Of a stretch of DNA of 64,000 nt, positions 1 through 10,177 are shown piece by piece. The notes under the pieces were generated by a model. That model did not search any database and was not told the DNA's origin. It was given only the letters and a program-made list of their open reading frames with translations. The DNA comes from Geopsychrobacteraceae bacterium (GTDB lineage Bacteria; Desulfobacterota; Desulfuromonadia; Desulfuromonadales; Geopsychrobacteraceae), in NCBI GenBank assembly GCA_963676795.2, contig CAXXTB010000001.1, positions 1,248,001 to 1,312,000 on the forward strand. The letters are read 5' to 3'. A program made the translations under genes and the position numbers. The stretch's first letter is position 1. Each line of letters starts with the position of its first letter.

Positions 1-791
1 TTGAGAACCAACTTCAGGTCGTCCGGCAGGGACTGATACCAGGCCTCATTGATCAGTAGCGTGTAGTTTGCGTAAATATGCCCGTCAAGAACGACATATT
101 TCTGGATATTTTCAAAATGGGGAATGAGGAAGGTTGAGATCGAGTTCTCCTGCCCGTCAACGATGCCCGATTCGATCGCCTCATAGACGTTTGGCCAGCC
201 GATTGGAATGCCGCTGGCGCCGAGATCGCTGACAATCTTGATGTGTAACGGGCTTTCCATAGTTCTGATTTTGAGCCCCTTCATGTCGGCCGGGCTGTGA
301 ATCGGCCTTTTGTTGTTGGAGTAATGGCGAAACCCTCCATTCTCAAACCAGCGTAGCGGGCGCAGCCCGGTTCGGGCCGCCATGTCTTCAATCAGTTTTG
401 CTCCGAGCGGCCCATCCAGAACGTGCCAGGCAATATCTCGTTCGGCGAACAGGTAGGGGATCGAGAGGATCTGAATCGGCGGGTAGATGGTTGCAAAATG
501 GCCATCGGCAAAATCGCGGGCCTGGACGATGTTGCTGCGCACCATGTCAATCATCTCGAGAGACGACAAGCCGAGGGTTTCGGCAAAGAGTTCGACTTTT
601 AATCGGCCATTGGAGCGGTTTTCTATCTCTGTTTTCAGGATTTCAAAAGGGGTCCAGCCAAAGTTGTTGCTTGTGGCGGGATTGCCGATAGCGATCTTCA
701 TGACGTGGTCAGCGTTTTCTGCTGAGAAAGTTGAGATCGGCCGGCAAGTGAAGAGCAGGCCCAATAAAATGACGACAGTGATTCTTTTCAT
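1..791 (-). CDS. dctP: TRAP transporter substrate-binding protein (DctP family), 3' end runs off the window
   Basis: Not in the ORF track; translated by hand from ATG 791 (AAGGAG RBS): MKRITVVILLGLLFTCRPISTFS signal peptide ... ENGGFRHYSNNKRPIHSPADMKGLKIRTM ... EAIESGIVDGQENS, which are DctP motifs. Confidence 0.9.
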   Translation of the reverse strand, partial: MKRITVVILLGLLFTCRPISTFSAENADHVMKIAIGNPATSNNFGWTPFEILKTEIENRSNGRLKVELFAETLGLSSLEMIDMVRSNIVQARDFADGHFATIYPPIQILSIPYLFAERDIAWHVLDGPLGAKLIEDMAARTGLRPLRWFENGGFRHYSNNKRPIHSPADMKGLKIRTMESPLHIKIVSDLGASGIPIGWPNVYEAIESGIVDGQENSISTFLIPHFENIQKYVVLDGHIYANYTLLINEAWYQSLPDDLKLVL

Positions 792-1067
792 GGGGGCTCC
801 TTATGTTTGTTGTCCGGGACATGCTGTCGAACGAGTGGTATGCCTATAAACTTTAGCATACCCGTGGGGAAACGGGATTTTTAAGATTTGCATGAAAAAT
901 AAACAAAATTTTAGGGGCTTCGCTGGGCTGTGTGTCCGTTTGTTAGTTTTTGGTTAGTTGGTTGACACCGACGAATATTTAGCGGAGATTGCATGGCGAT
1001 AATGTGATTTATTCACTTTAATGAATTTAATTTGGCTATCTGTATGAACATAGCAAACGGACTCACC

Positions 1068-3356
1068 ATGCTGTTTTCCGCTTCGGACGTGAGCAAGACA
1101 TATGAGCAGAAGTTCAGGCAGTTCGTTTTTTTTCAATACGGACTGATCCTGTTTTTTCTCCTGGTTCTGGGTCTTTCCTGGGGGCTGAGCCTGAGTCACC
1201 TGCGTGGTAATCGCAGCTTCATTGTCAAAGGTGTCAACAAGAGCCAGGCGAACCTGACTTCGATCATCGCCGAAAACCTTTTTCAGGTGCTGGATCAGAA
1301 CAAGGCAATCGGCCTGATCGCCAGTGACTGGATGAAGAGCCGGGCTGATAACCGTTTTGAAGCGATCCAGTCCTTTATCTACAGTGAACAGGCTTTCAAC
1401 CGGATTGTCTTCTACGATGCGTCCGGTCAGGCGATTTACCAGTCTTCTCCCGTACAGGGAGAAAAAATATCCTCCGTAGAGATCGGAGCTCTGATCCGGA
1501 AGCTGATCAACTCGGATCAGGACCTGATGTTTTTCCCTGAATCCTTTCGGGGGCAAAGAGACTGGCAGATTCCTCTGCTGTTCCGCTTGCAGAGAGCCGC
1601 CGAGATCGATGGTGTGATGCTGCTGGAACTGAACCTGGGCTATTTTCTCAACCTGTTTCAGACTATTGATATCGGCCGAACAGGGGCTATTGTTATCAGC
1701 ACCAGTGATGGCGTGGTGCTCGCCAGCTATGAGAATGGCGGTCTTGCCCTGATCGATTCGAATTCCCCGGAGAAAAACAGATTCGCCAGGTTTATAGAGA
1801 CCAGTCGCAAGGTCGAAAACTACCCTTTTGTGGTCACTCTCCGTCAGAGTCAGGTCGAAGCTCTGCAGGATTACGATGCCTATCGTTCCATGCATCTGTG
1901 GTTGCTGGCAGGGGTGACGCTTGTTGTCATCATTGTCCTTTTTCTGATGCTGCAACTGCTTAAACGCAAGCGGCATTATCTGAAAATTCTTTCGGAAGCT
2001 TACGCCGAAAATCAGCAGTTGGTGGCCAGGCTTGAGAAGGAACATGAGAATGCGGTCAGCGCCGCTTCATTTGATGCCTTGACCGGCCTGTACAACAGAC
2101 GGGTGTTTTCTTCGCTGGCCGCGCACAATCTCAGGCAGGCCCGGCGCATCGGTCTGAATCTTGCCGTTCTGTTTATCGATCTGGACCGCTTCAAGCCGAT
2201 CAATGATTCTCTGGGACACAAGATTGGCGACATGCTGCTTAAGACGATCGCCGACAGGCTGAAAAACTGCGTCAGGGATACCGACATCGTGGCCCGCTTC
2301 GGTGGCGATGAATTCGTCGTCATGCTGACCGGCATGAAAGATACGACCAGAGTTGCCGATATCGCCGAAAAGATTATTACCGATCTGTCTCTGCCCTGCG
2401 TGCTGGACGGCCATCAGGTTTCGGTCACACCAAGTATCGGCATCGCTCTCTATCCGTGCGATGGAGAGGAGATCGACAGCCTGGTCCGCAACGCCGATGC
2501 GGCAATGTATGGAGCCAAAAAAACGGGGCGGGGGAGCTACTGTTTCTTCGATCAGAGCCTCAACCGGATATCTCCTCAGCAGTTTGAGCTGGAACAGCGC
2601 ATCCCTGCCGCCCTGAAATCGGATGAATTTGTTCTGCACTATCAGCCGAAAGTGCGTCTGGAGGATACCAGGGTTGTCGGGCTTGAGGCTCTGATTCGCT
2701 GGGATCACCCTGATTACGGGCTGCTCTATCCCAATGATTTTATCACCCATGTTGAAGAGAGCGGCTTGTTCGTAGAAATGGGGCGCTGGGTGCTTGATCG
2801 GGCCTGCCGGCAGATCGCCGAGTGGCGGGGCCTGGGACTGGAAACCGTGCCTGTCGCGGTCAACGTTTCGCCGATAGAAATGAACAACAAGGGCTATGCC
2901 GAGAAGTTCATCGCCATCATCGCCAGTCATCAGCTGCAGGCCGGTGATATTCATATCGAAATCACTGAAAGCGCGATCATCGAAAACCAACAGGTGGTTA
3001 TGGATAACCTGGAGCAACTGGCCCGATTCGGCATTCCTATTGCTCTCGACGATTTCGGCAAGGGGTTTTCCAGCTTCCATAATATCCGAACCCTGCCGTT
3101 GAGCACGCTGAAGATCGATCGCAGTTTCATCCAGGATATCAAGAACAACAGCAGCGATAATGCCATCGTTTCTTCAGCGATTTCACTGGCGAAAAAACTG
3201 AAACTGTCGGTCGTTGCCGAAGGGATCGAAAGTCATGATCAGTTGATTCACCTCAAGCTGGCCGGCTGTGACGAGGTTCAGGGTTACCTGTTCAGCAGAC
3301 CCGTTTCACCGGAGCAGACCAAAAGTTTTCTCCTCAATCCCTATATGAAAATTTAA
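1068..3356 (+). CDS. Membrane-anchored diguanylate cyclase/phosphodiesterase (2 TM, periplasmic Cache-like sensor, GGDEF, EAL)
   Basis: Two hydrophobic segments, DALTGLYNRR, RDTD I-site, GGDEF, EALIRW, DDFGKGFSS, QGYLFSRP; start uncertain (1032-1089). Confidence 0.92.
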   Translation: MLFSASDVSKTYEQKFRQFVFFQYGLILFFLLVLGLSWGLSLSHLRGNRSFIVKGVNKSQANLTSIIAENLFQVLDQNKAIGLIASDWMKSRADNRFEAIQSFIYSEQAFNRIVFYDASGQAIYQSSPVQGEKISSVEIGALIRKLINSDQDLMFFPESFRGQRDWQIPLLFRLQRAAEIDGVMLLELNLGYFLNLFQTIDIGRTGAIVISTSDGVVLASYENGGLALIDSNSPEKNRFARFIETSRKVENYPFVVTLRQSQVEALQDYDAYRSMHLWLLAGVTLVVIIVLFLMLQLLKRKRHYLKILSEAYAENQQLVARLEKEHENAVSAASFDALTGLYNRRVFSSLAAHNLRQARRIGLNLAVLFIDLDRFKPINDSLGHKIGDMLLKTIADRLKNCVRDTDIVARFGGDEFVVMLTGMKDTTRVADIAEKIITDLSLPCVLDGHQVSVTPSIGIALYPCDGEEIDSLVRNADAAMYGAKKTGRGSYCFFDQSLNRISPQQFELEQRIPAALKSDEFVLHYQPKVRLEDTRVVGLEALIRWDHPDYGLLYPNDFITHVEESGLFVEMGRWVLDRACRQIAEWRGLGLETVPVAVNVSPIEMNNKGYAEKFIAIIASHQLQAGDIHIEITESAIIENQQVVMDNLEQLARFGIPIALDDFGKGFSSFHNIRTLPLSTLKIDRSFIQDIKNNSSDNAIVSSAISLAKKLKLSVVAEGIESHDQLIHLKLAGCDEVQGYLFSRPVSPEQTKSFLLNPYMKI

Positions 3357-3372
3357 CATCCGGTTGTAGCTA

Positions 3373-4263
3373 ATGAACTTCAGACATTTCTTCCGTCTCG
3401 CCCTGCTTGCCGCGATCCTGTTCGTCAGTCCAGTCACTATGGCGCGTAGCGCAGATTCGGCGGGGCAACCGCTCTATTTTTCACTGATTCCGAAAAAGAA
3501 CATCGATCAGCAGCTGAAGGATCTGAGCCCTCTGCTCGAGTTGCTGGAGACGAAACTCCAGCGGCCGATCGAGGTGGTTCGACCACAGTCCTATCAGTCT
3601 GTTGTCGAAGGGGTTCTGTCCCGCTCCATCGATTTCGCTGTTCTGGGGCCGGCATCCTATGCGATGGCCAAGGTGCGTGATCCTGAGATCGAGGCCTTCG
3701 CCTGTTTCAGCAAGGGGGCAACGGCCTTTACTCCACCGGGGTCCTTTTATTTGTCACTGCTGATCAGCTTGAAGACATCAGGGATTGTCGAACTGGAAGA
3801 TCTCAAGGGCGCGACCGTCGCTTTTACCGACCCGGCCAGTACCTCGGGATCCTTGATCCCCTCGACAGAGTTTGCAGCCCAGCTCGATAGGCCTCTCGAG
3901 AACTTCTTTGCCCGGCAGGTCTATACCGGATCTCACGACCGTTCCATTGAAGCGGTTATCAAAAACAGGGTCGATGCCGCATTCGTGGCCAGCGCCAGGC
4001 TGGATGAGGCCGTGCGGAAAGGCCAGGTCACTCCGGACCAGCTCAATATCCTCTGGCAGTCGCGGGCGATTCACTACGATCCGTTTGTTTTCAGGGGAGG
4101 GTTGGATCCGGAGCTGAAAGAACAGATTCGCCTGATCATGCTGGCCTCGGATGACATGTTGCGTGCAATGCACGAGAAGATGAATAATGTCGGCATCGAA
4201 GCGGTCAGTGACGCAGACTATCAGCCTATTCACGATCTGGTCGAAAACGGGGCCGTGCTCTGA
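3373..4263 (+). CDS. PhnD-like phosphate/phosphite/phosphonate substrate-binding protein
   Basis: Signal peptide; DPASTSG and GSHD motifs typical of PhnD/PtxB family. Confidence 0.85.
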   Translation: MNFRHFFRLALLAAILFVSPVTMARSADSAGQPLYFSLIPKKNIDQQLKDLSPLLELLETKLQRPIEVVRPQSYQSVVEGVLSRSIDFAVLGPASYAMAKVRDPEIEAFACFSKGATAFTPPGSFYLSLLISLKTSGIVELEDLKGATVAFTDPASTSGSLIPSTEFAAQLDRPLENFFARQVYTGSHDRSIEAVIKNRVDAAFVASARLDEAVRKGQVTPDQLNILWQSRAIHYDPFVFRGGLDPELKEQIRLIMLASDDMLRAMHEKMNNVGIEAVSDADYQPIHDLVENGAVL

Positions 4264-4290
4264 GTTGATGTGGAGGAGGGGAGGGAAGGC

Positions 4291-4584
4291 TCAGCTGTTC
4301 TCGAGCTTGTTCAGATATTCATCCCACTCGATCGGCAGCATGTGCTGTTTCTTGCTGTTGCACTCCTTGCACGCCGGGACGCAGTTCCCCTTGGTGCTGT
4401 GTCCGCCGCGTACCAGCGGGACGACATGGTCAAGGGTCAGCTCTTTGGGCGGAACCTGCTTGCCGCAGTAGTGGCAGACCCCCTTGGCGATCTTGTTCTT
4501 CCACCAGCTTTGCTTGCGCAGTTCCCGCGCCTTGGCGCGTTCGCGACCTATATGCTCTTCGTCCATGCTGACGAACCAGTCCAT
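4291..4584 (-). CDS. Small HNH endonuclease-family protein
   Basis: CHYC...LTLDHVVP...GG.STKGNCVPACKECN; ATG 4584 preceded by AAGGAG. Confidence 0.88.
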   Translation of the reverse strand: MDWFVSMDEEHIGRERAKARELRKQSWWKNKIAKGVCHYCGKQVPPKELTLDHVVPLVRGGHSTKGNCVPACKECNSKKQHMLPIEWDEYLNKLENS

Positions 4585-4703
4585 TGCTATACTCCTTGAT
4601 AGTCCGTCCAGGATTTTGCGAAATATTGCACAATTTGTCAAATTATGAGATTCTGCCCCCGCCGCCGATGTGCGGTATGACGTTGTTTCGAAAGAGATAA
4701 TCT

Positions 4704-6056
4704 ATGAAAATCCTTATCGTTGGCTCCGGTCAGGTCGGCTATTTCCTCTGCGACCGGCTGTCTCGTGAAGGGCATGAGGTGACCCTCGTCGATCAGGACG
4801 CGGAGCGCATCGAACGTGCCCAGGATCGCCTGAATGTTCTCGGTATCGTCGGCAACGGTGCCAGCGCTGAAACGCTGGAGCAAGCTGGCATCAAAGACGC
4901 CGATATCTTCATCGCGGTCACCAATATGGACGAGGTGAACATCCTCGCCTGCCTGATTGCCCGGGAATACCAGGTTGAGATCCTTGTCGCCCGGACCAAA
5001 AGTATCGAATATACCAGCGAAAAAGCGATCCTCTCCAAGGAGAAGCTCGGCATCGACCTGCTCATCAATCCCGAGGATGCCGTCGCTGTCGAACTGACCA
5101 AGCTGTCCTGCAACTCCAAGGCGTTCGATGTCGCCGAGTTTGCCGAGGGGCAGATCCTGTTTCAGGGCTACCGGATCGAAGAGGGGAGCCCGCTATGCGA
5201 CCTGACCCTGGCGGAATTGGGAGAACTGCGCGGCATGTACCGCTTTGTCGTGGTCGCCATCAATCGCGGTGACGAGACCATCATTCCGCGTGGTGATGAC
5301 ACGATTCAGGCCGGCGACCGGATTTATATCTTCGCCCCGCAGCAGGAGATGCCGGCGATCAACTATATGCTTCAGTCGCAGCGGGAGAATGAAGTCGCTT
5401 CGCGCCGGGCTTTTGTCCTCGGCGGCAGCCGGATCGGCCTGCAGGTGGCCCGTAACCTGGAAAATCTGCAGTTTCGGACCAAGCTGATCGAAAAGGACGA
5501 GTCGCGATGCATCCGCCTTGCCGAACAGCTCAACAAGGCGGTTGTCATCAATGCCGACGGCCTGGATGTCCCGACCCTGATCGACGAAGGATTGAACGAA
5601 GCCGGCGTCTTCATCGCCGTGACGGAAAACGATCAGACCAATATCCTGACTTGCCTGCTGGCCCGGCAGCACAAGGTAAAAAGGACCATGGCGCTGGTCA
5701 GTCAGCCCGAGCTGATCAAACTGGCCTCCGATCTGGGGATCGATGCCTGTATCTCGCCGCGGCTCTCGGCCGCAGCGGCGATACTCAAGTTTGTGCGGCG
5801 CGGTGAGATTATCTCCCTGACGGCTGTCGAAGGAAGCAACTCCGAAGTTCTCGAGATCGAGGTCAGCGAGGGGAGCAACCTGCAGGGGGTGCCCTTGAGC
5901 GAACTGCATTTCCCGCGCGGGGCGATTATCGGGGCCATTGTCCATGGTGAAACCTATGAGATTCCGACCGGCTCGAGCACTTTCCTGGCAGGAGACCGGG
6001 TCGTCGTCTTTACCCTTCCCGAAGCGCTGCAAAAGGTCGAAAGGTTTTTTTCCTAG
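4704..6056 (+). CDS. trkA: Trk potassium uptake NAD-binding subunit TrkA
   Basis: Two RCK modules (GSGQVG, GGSRIG), 450 aa, adjacent to trkH. Confidence 0.95.
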   Translation: MKILIVGSGQVGYFLCDRLSREGHEVTLVDQDAERIERAQDRLNVLGIVGNGASAETLEQAGIKDADIFIAVTNMDEVNILACLIAREYQVEILVARTKSIEYTSEKAILSKEKLGIDLLINPEDAVAVELTKLSCNSKAFDVAEFAEGQILFQGYRIEEGSPLCDLTLAELGELRGMYRFVVVAINRGDETIIPRGDDTIQAGDRIYIFAPQQEMPAINYMLQSQRENEVASRRAFVLGGSRIGLQVARNLENLQFRTKLIEKDESRCIRLAEQLNKAVVINADGLDVPTLIDEGLNEAGVFIAVTENDQTNILTCLLARQHKVKRTMALVSQPELIKLASDLGIDACISPRLSAAAAILKFVRRGEIISLTAVEGSNSEVLEIEVSEGSNLQGVPLSELHFPRGAIIGAIVHGETYEIPTGSSTFLAGDRVVVFTLPEALQKVERFFS

Positions 6057-7502
6057 ATGAACCTGATTCTGACATTGCGGATTCTCGGTGCGTTGTTGCT
6101 CTTCCTCGGCGCGACCCTGCTGGTGCCGCTGCCGTTTTCGTTCTATTATGCCGACGGAACCTGGTTGTCCTTTATCCTTTCCGCAGCCATCTGTGTTATC
6201 ACCGGAACCTTGCTGCACCGTTTCTGTAAAAGCTCAAAAGAGATGTCGATTCGCGAGGGCTTTGCGACAGTCACCTTCGGCTGGGCCTTTTTTGCCCTGT
6301 TCGGCGCGCTTCCCTACCTGATCAGTGGGGCCATCGCTTCGCCGCTCGATGCGGTTTTCGAGACGATGAGCGGTTTTACCACGACCGGTTCGACCATTCT
6401 GACCAATATTGAAGCCTTGCCTCCGGCCTTGTTGTTCTGGCGGTCTCTGACCCACTGGCTGGGCGGCATGGGGATCATCGTTCTGTCCCTGGCGATTCTG
6501 CCGATGCTCGGCGTCGGTGGTATGCAGCTGTTCAAGGCGGAGGTTCCCGGTCCGACTGCAGATCGCCTGACGCCAAGAATTCAGGATACGGCTAAGATGC
6601 TCTGGGGGGTCTACTTCCTGCTGACTGTGGTCGAAATCGTCCTGCTGATGTTTGGCGGCATGAGCTTTTTCGATGCCGTCTGTCACGCTTTTGCGACCAT
6701 GGCGACCGGCGGGTTTTCGACCCGCAATGCGTCGGTTGCGGCCTACGACAGCGCCTACATCGACGGTGTCATCACCCTGTTCATGGTGCTGGCCGGTGCC
6801 AACTTTGCCCTGCACTTTCAGCTGCTGCGCGGCAAGGTGGTCGATGTCTTCAGGAATGAGGAGTTGCGCGTCTATCTGCTGATTGTTCTTGCCTCAACAC
6901 TCGTGCTGATGCTCTTCAACTGGAGCGGGCATATCTATGGCAATATCGGCGAGAATCTGCGCTATTCCCTGTTTCAGGTCGCCTCGATTATAACGACCAC
7001 CGGATTCGGTACAGCCGATTTTGAGCTCTGGCCGGTTATCTGCCAGTATGTGCTGGTGCTGCTGATGTTCATTGGTGGGTGCGCCGGATCGACGGGTGGC
7101 GGCATGAAGGTCGCCCGGATTCTGCTGCTCTTCAAGCACTCCCAGACCCAGCTCTATCGTCTAATTCATCCGCGGGCAGTACGTCTGGTCAAACTCGGAA
7201 CCCGACCGGTCGACAAGGAGGTCCTGCAGTCGATCCTCGGTTTCTTTGCCCTCTATATCGGGATCTTTGTTTTCTGTTCCATGCTGGTGGCGGCTGCCGG
7301 GACCGACCTGGTGACCTCGGGAACGGCGGTCATCGCCTGCCTGAGCAATATCGGCCCGGGGCTGGGGAGCGTCGGCCCGGTCGATAACTTTGCCCTGATT
7401 CCCGGTTTTGGCAAGGCTGTGCTGGTCTTCTGTATGCTGATGGGGCGGCTGGAGCTGTTTACCGTACTGGTGCTGTTCCTTCCGTCATTCTGGAGGAAGT
7501 AA
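6057..7502 (+). CDS. trkH: Trk potassium uptake membrane protein TrkH
   Basis: FETMSGFTTTG, GGMG, GGCAGSTGGGMK, GRLE motifs. Confidence 0.95.
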   Translation: MNLILTLRILGALLLFLGATLLVPLPFSFYYADGTWLSFILSAAICVITGTLLHRFCKSSKEMSIREGFATVTFGWAFFALFGALPYLISGAIASPLDAVFETMSGFTTTGSTILTNIEALPPALLFWRSLTHWLGGMGIIVLSLAILPMLGVGGMQLFKAEVPGPTADRLTPRIQDTAKMLWGVYFLLTVVEIVLLMFGGMSFFDAVCHAFATMATGGFSTRNASVAAYDSAYIDGVITLFMVLAGANFALHFQLLRGKVVDVFRNEELRVYLLIVLASTLVLMLFNWSGHIYGNIGENLRYSLFQVASIITTTGFGTADFELWPVICQYVLVLLMFIGGCAGSTGGGMKVARILLLFKHSQTQLYRLIHPRAVRLVKLGTRPVDKEVLQSILGFFALYIGIFVFCSMLVAAAGTDLVTSGTAVIACLSNIGPGLGSVGPVDNFALIPGFGKAVLVFCMLMGRLELFTVLVLFLPSFWRK

Positions 7503-7503
7503 T

Positions 7504-7572
7504 ACCCCCCCTGCTCGCAAGCTCGCTTCCCCCCTATTTTATAGGGGGGAAGCGAGGGGGGTGTCTTTTTTT
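7504..7572 (+). terminator. Nested GC-rich hairpin with T tract after trkH (terminator and/or REP-like unit)
   Basis: CTCGCTTCCCCCCTAT-TTT-ATAGGGGGGAAGCGAG perfect 16-bp stem, outer C-run/G-run, then TTTTTTT. Confidence 0.6.
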
Positions 7573-7607
7573 AACTGCTCGTTTTCGATCTGAAACTGTT
7601 TTGCCGT

Positions 7608-7649
7608 AAAAAATGAAAGCCCCCATCGCCCAGTAGGCGATGGGGGCTT
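7608..7649 (-). terminator. Intrinsic terminator on minus strand downstream of pgeF
   Basis: AAGCCCCCATCGCC-N5-GGCGATGGGGGCTT stem followed on minus strand by TCATTTTTT. Confidence 0.7.
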
Positions 7650-7769
7650 CCCCCCTCCGGTAACCTGTCTTTTAACAGGAAAGTCCGTAATTTTTTCTTG
7701 AGTATAAAAAACACTTCTGAAAAAAATCTGACTTTCCGAAATTTTTTTGAAAAAAATCTGTTTTTTTTC

Positions 7770-8561
7770 TTACACCAGCTTGATAAAGCCGATTTGGCGG
7801 CCCGTTTTGCCATTGTCCCGGCGGTAGGAGAAGAACAGCTCCGGGTGACAGCAGGTACATTCTTCGGTACTTTCAATCTGGCTGACCGGCAGGCCGAGCT
7901 GTTCCAACTGCAACTGGCAGCTCAGTTTCAGGTCGAGCTTCCAGTGACCAAGGCTGACCTCTTCGGCGATCTGGTTCCAGAAGCCGGTGCCGTTGCGGAA
8001 AGCGTCGCGAACCGGTCGGTCGACCTCGAACTTGTGGGCAGCGATGCCGGGGCCGATGGCGGCAAACAATTCTTCAGCCTGACAGGAAAAGTTGTTGCAG
8101 ATTGTTTTGACGGTTTTTTCGATAATCCCGTTGGCGGCACCACGCCAGCCGACATGAACGGCGGCAATGATGTTAAGGGTTGGGTGCCAGAGCAGGATAG
8201 GGTAGCAGTCCGCGGTCAGTACGCCGATGATGATGTTCGGCTGGTTGGTGACGATGGCATCTACTTCCAGGTTGAGAAAGTGGGAGAGGTCGGGGTTTTC
8301 TTCATCGATCAGCAGGATGTCCTTACCGTGAACCTGTTTGACGGTCAGCAGCCGGTGCGGAACCAGGTCGAAACTTCTGGCAAAGGTTGAACGGTTTCCT
8401 TCGACGTTGGCCAGAACGTCGCCGCTGTTCGGACCCAGGTTCAGGGAGTTGTAGGGCTGGCGACTGACCCCGCCGTTGCGGGTACTGAATCCGGCAACGA
8501 CATTGCTGCTGAGGTTTCCGGGCTGAAGGAATGAGATCTTCCCGTTACGAACAAGTTTCAT
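7770..8561 (-). CDS. pgeF: Peptidoglycan editing factor PgeF / YfiH purine nucleoside phosphorylase family
   Basis: STRNGGVS, QVHG, TADC, AAVHVGWRG, FFSYRR; downstream of rluD as usual. Confidence 0.93.
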   Translation of the reverse strand: MKLVRNGKISFLQPGNLSSNVVAGFSTRNGGVSRQPYNSLNLGPNSGDVLANVEGNRSTFARSFDLVPHRLLTVKQVHGKDILLIDEENPDLSHFLNLEVDAIVTNQPNIIIGVLTADCYPILLWHPTLNIIAAVHVGWRGAANGIIEKTVKTICNNFSCQAEELFAAIGPGIAAHKFEVDRPVRDAFRNGTGFWNQIAEEVSLGHWKLDLKLSCQLQLEQLGLPVSQIESTEECTCCHPELFFSYRRDNGKTGRQIGFIKLV

Positions 8562-8593
8562 CAAAGACTCCGTTATCTGGCTTTACTGCTTTT

Positions 8594-9559
8594 TTACGCT
8601 GCGTACTTCTGATCAAGATAAGAAACAATGTTTAGCAGAGTTTCAGGCATTTGGGTGGAAAATTCCAGATATTTTCCACTGTCCGGATGAATAAAGCCGA
8701 GGGAACGGGCATGGAGGGCCTGACCGGGCAGTTTTTTGACCAGTTTAGCCAGGGTCTGATCCTGAATTGCGGCCTCCTTGCTGCGGCTGCCGTAGAGTGG
8801 ATCCCCGACCAGCGGCAGATTCATTTCTGAAAAATGAACCCGGATCTGATGGGTCCGGCCGGTTTCCAGTTGACACTGGACCAGGCTGAGACGATCCGCC
8901 GGATAGCGTTTGACGATTTTCCAGTGGGTCACCGCATCCTTCGCATGACGGGCCTTGCCGCTCATCTTTTTGCGCTGGGTCGGATGGCGGCCAATCGCCT
9001 GCCGGACTACTCCCGAGTCGCTTTCCGGGCAGCCGTGGATCAGGGCCAGGTAGATTCGGTGAATACTGTGAGCCTTGAACTGGGCAGAAAGCTGCTGGTG
9101 ACTGTTATCGTTCTTGGTGATGACCAGAATGCCCGAGGTGTCCTTGTCGATCCGGTGAACGATTCCCGGGCGCAGTTCACCACCGATACCGGCCAGGTCA
9201 TCACAGTGGTGGAGCAGGGCGTTGACCAGGGTCCCCGTAGCGTGTCCCGCTGCCGGGTGAACAACCATACCGGCCGGTTTGTTGATGACGATGACCGCGC
9301 TGTCCTCGTAGAGGATGTCGAGGGGCATATCCTGGGGGATCGCTTCAATCGGTTCCGGTTCCGGCAGGGTCACCTCGACCTGTTCTTCCCCTTTGAGTTT
9401 GAGGCTGGCCTTGGCGGCCTGGCCATCGACCAGAACCTGGTTGTCATCGATCAGTTTTTTGATTTGGGAACGACTGATGTCCGGCAGACAGAACGACAGG
9501 AAGCTGTCCAGCCGTTCTGGCGGCCGTTCAGAAGGGAAACAGAATTGCTGCGAGGTCAT
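8594..9559 (-). CDS. rluD: 23S rRNA pseudouridine synthase RluD family
   Basis: S4 domain, NKPAGMVVHP, HRIDKDTSG catalytic Asp, GRTHQIRVH. Confidence 0.93.
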   Translation of the reverse strand: MTSQQFCFPSERPPERLDSFLSFCLPDISRSQIKKLIDDNQVLVDGQAAKASLKLKGEEQVEVTLPEPEPIEAIPQDMPLDILYEDSAVIVINKPAGMVVHPAAGHATGTLVNALLHHCDDLAGIGGELRPGIVHRIDKDTSGILVITKNDNSHQQLSAQFKAHSIHRIYLALIHGCPESDSGVVRQAIGRHPTQRKKMSGKARHAKDAVTHWKIVKRYPADRLSLVQCQLETGRTHQIRVHFSEMNLPLVGDPLYGSRSKEAAIQDQTLAKLVKKLPGQALHARSLGFIHPDSGKYLEFSTQMPETLLNIVSYLDQKYAA

Positions 9560-9829
9560 TTACCAGATTTGACTTTCGATTTTTCCGGCCTGCTTGATCA
9601 TGACATCGACGATGGCCCGATCGTACAGATGCTCACGGTTTGGCATCTCGGGGGAGACGCGAGAGAAGAAATGTTCCCGGCCCTCTTCCAGTTCTTCGCC
9701 CATCAGTTCGAAGATGCTGTCGTTCTTGATCCCCTCGGACACCTTGTCCTGATTATACAGGGCAATATCAGAAATAATTGCACGGGCCAAGCGAAACGCC
9801 AGTTCGGGATTCTCTACCAGTCGTGCCAT
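9560..9829 (-). CDS. Conserved small hypothetical protein (ARAIISDIALYN motif)
   Basis: ATG 9829 with GAGGAG RBS; stop abuts rluD start. Confidence 0.75.
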   Translation of the reverse strand: MARLVENPELAFRLARAIISDIALYNQDKVSEGIKNDSIFELMGEELEEGREHFFSRVSPEMPNREHLYDRAIVDVMIKQAGKIESQIW

Positions 9830-10177
9830 TGGAATGCTCCTCAAAAAGTGAATTTATATGATAAGACTTTATTAGATAATTCTGAGTAACGCAAGTGGGA
9901 TTTGTTCAGATACTTATTAGTAATGGGTAATGATTTGTGTTAGCATTTAGAAATAACGCAGTCAAACCGGCTTGATCAGTGGATTTGCAGTTGTCTGATC
10001 AGGCCGGGATTTAGCTGTCCGTAACCTTGAAAATAATTTGCAATCAGTTCATTGAATGCTAAGATCTCGATTATACATGTTTTTTGTTTGGATCTGACGG
10101 TGTGGCCAGGGATTGTTTCGGTTTCTTTAGCTGTGGTCCCGACTCTCTGAAGGAACCTGCTGGCTGCGGGAGTAAAA

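Noticed and set aside
792..1067. c-di-GMP riboswitch in the dctP/GGDEF spacer
   Set aside because: Only short inverted repeats (GGTATGC/GCATACC, CCCGT/ACGGG); the conserved aptamer motifs are not present
4291..4584. HNH protein as a defence or mobile-element marker
   Set aside because: Short stand-alone gene among housekeeping loci with no methylase, repeats or integrase nearby
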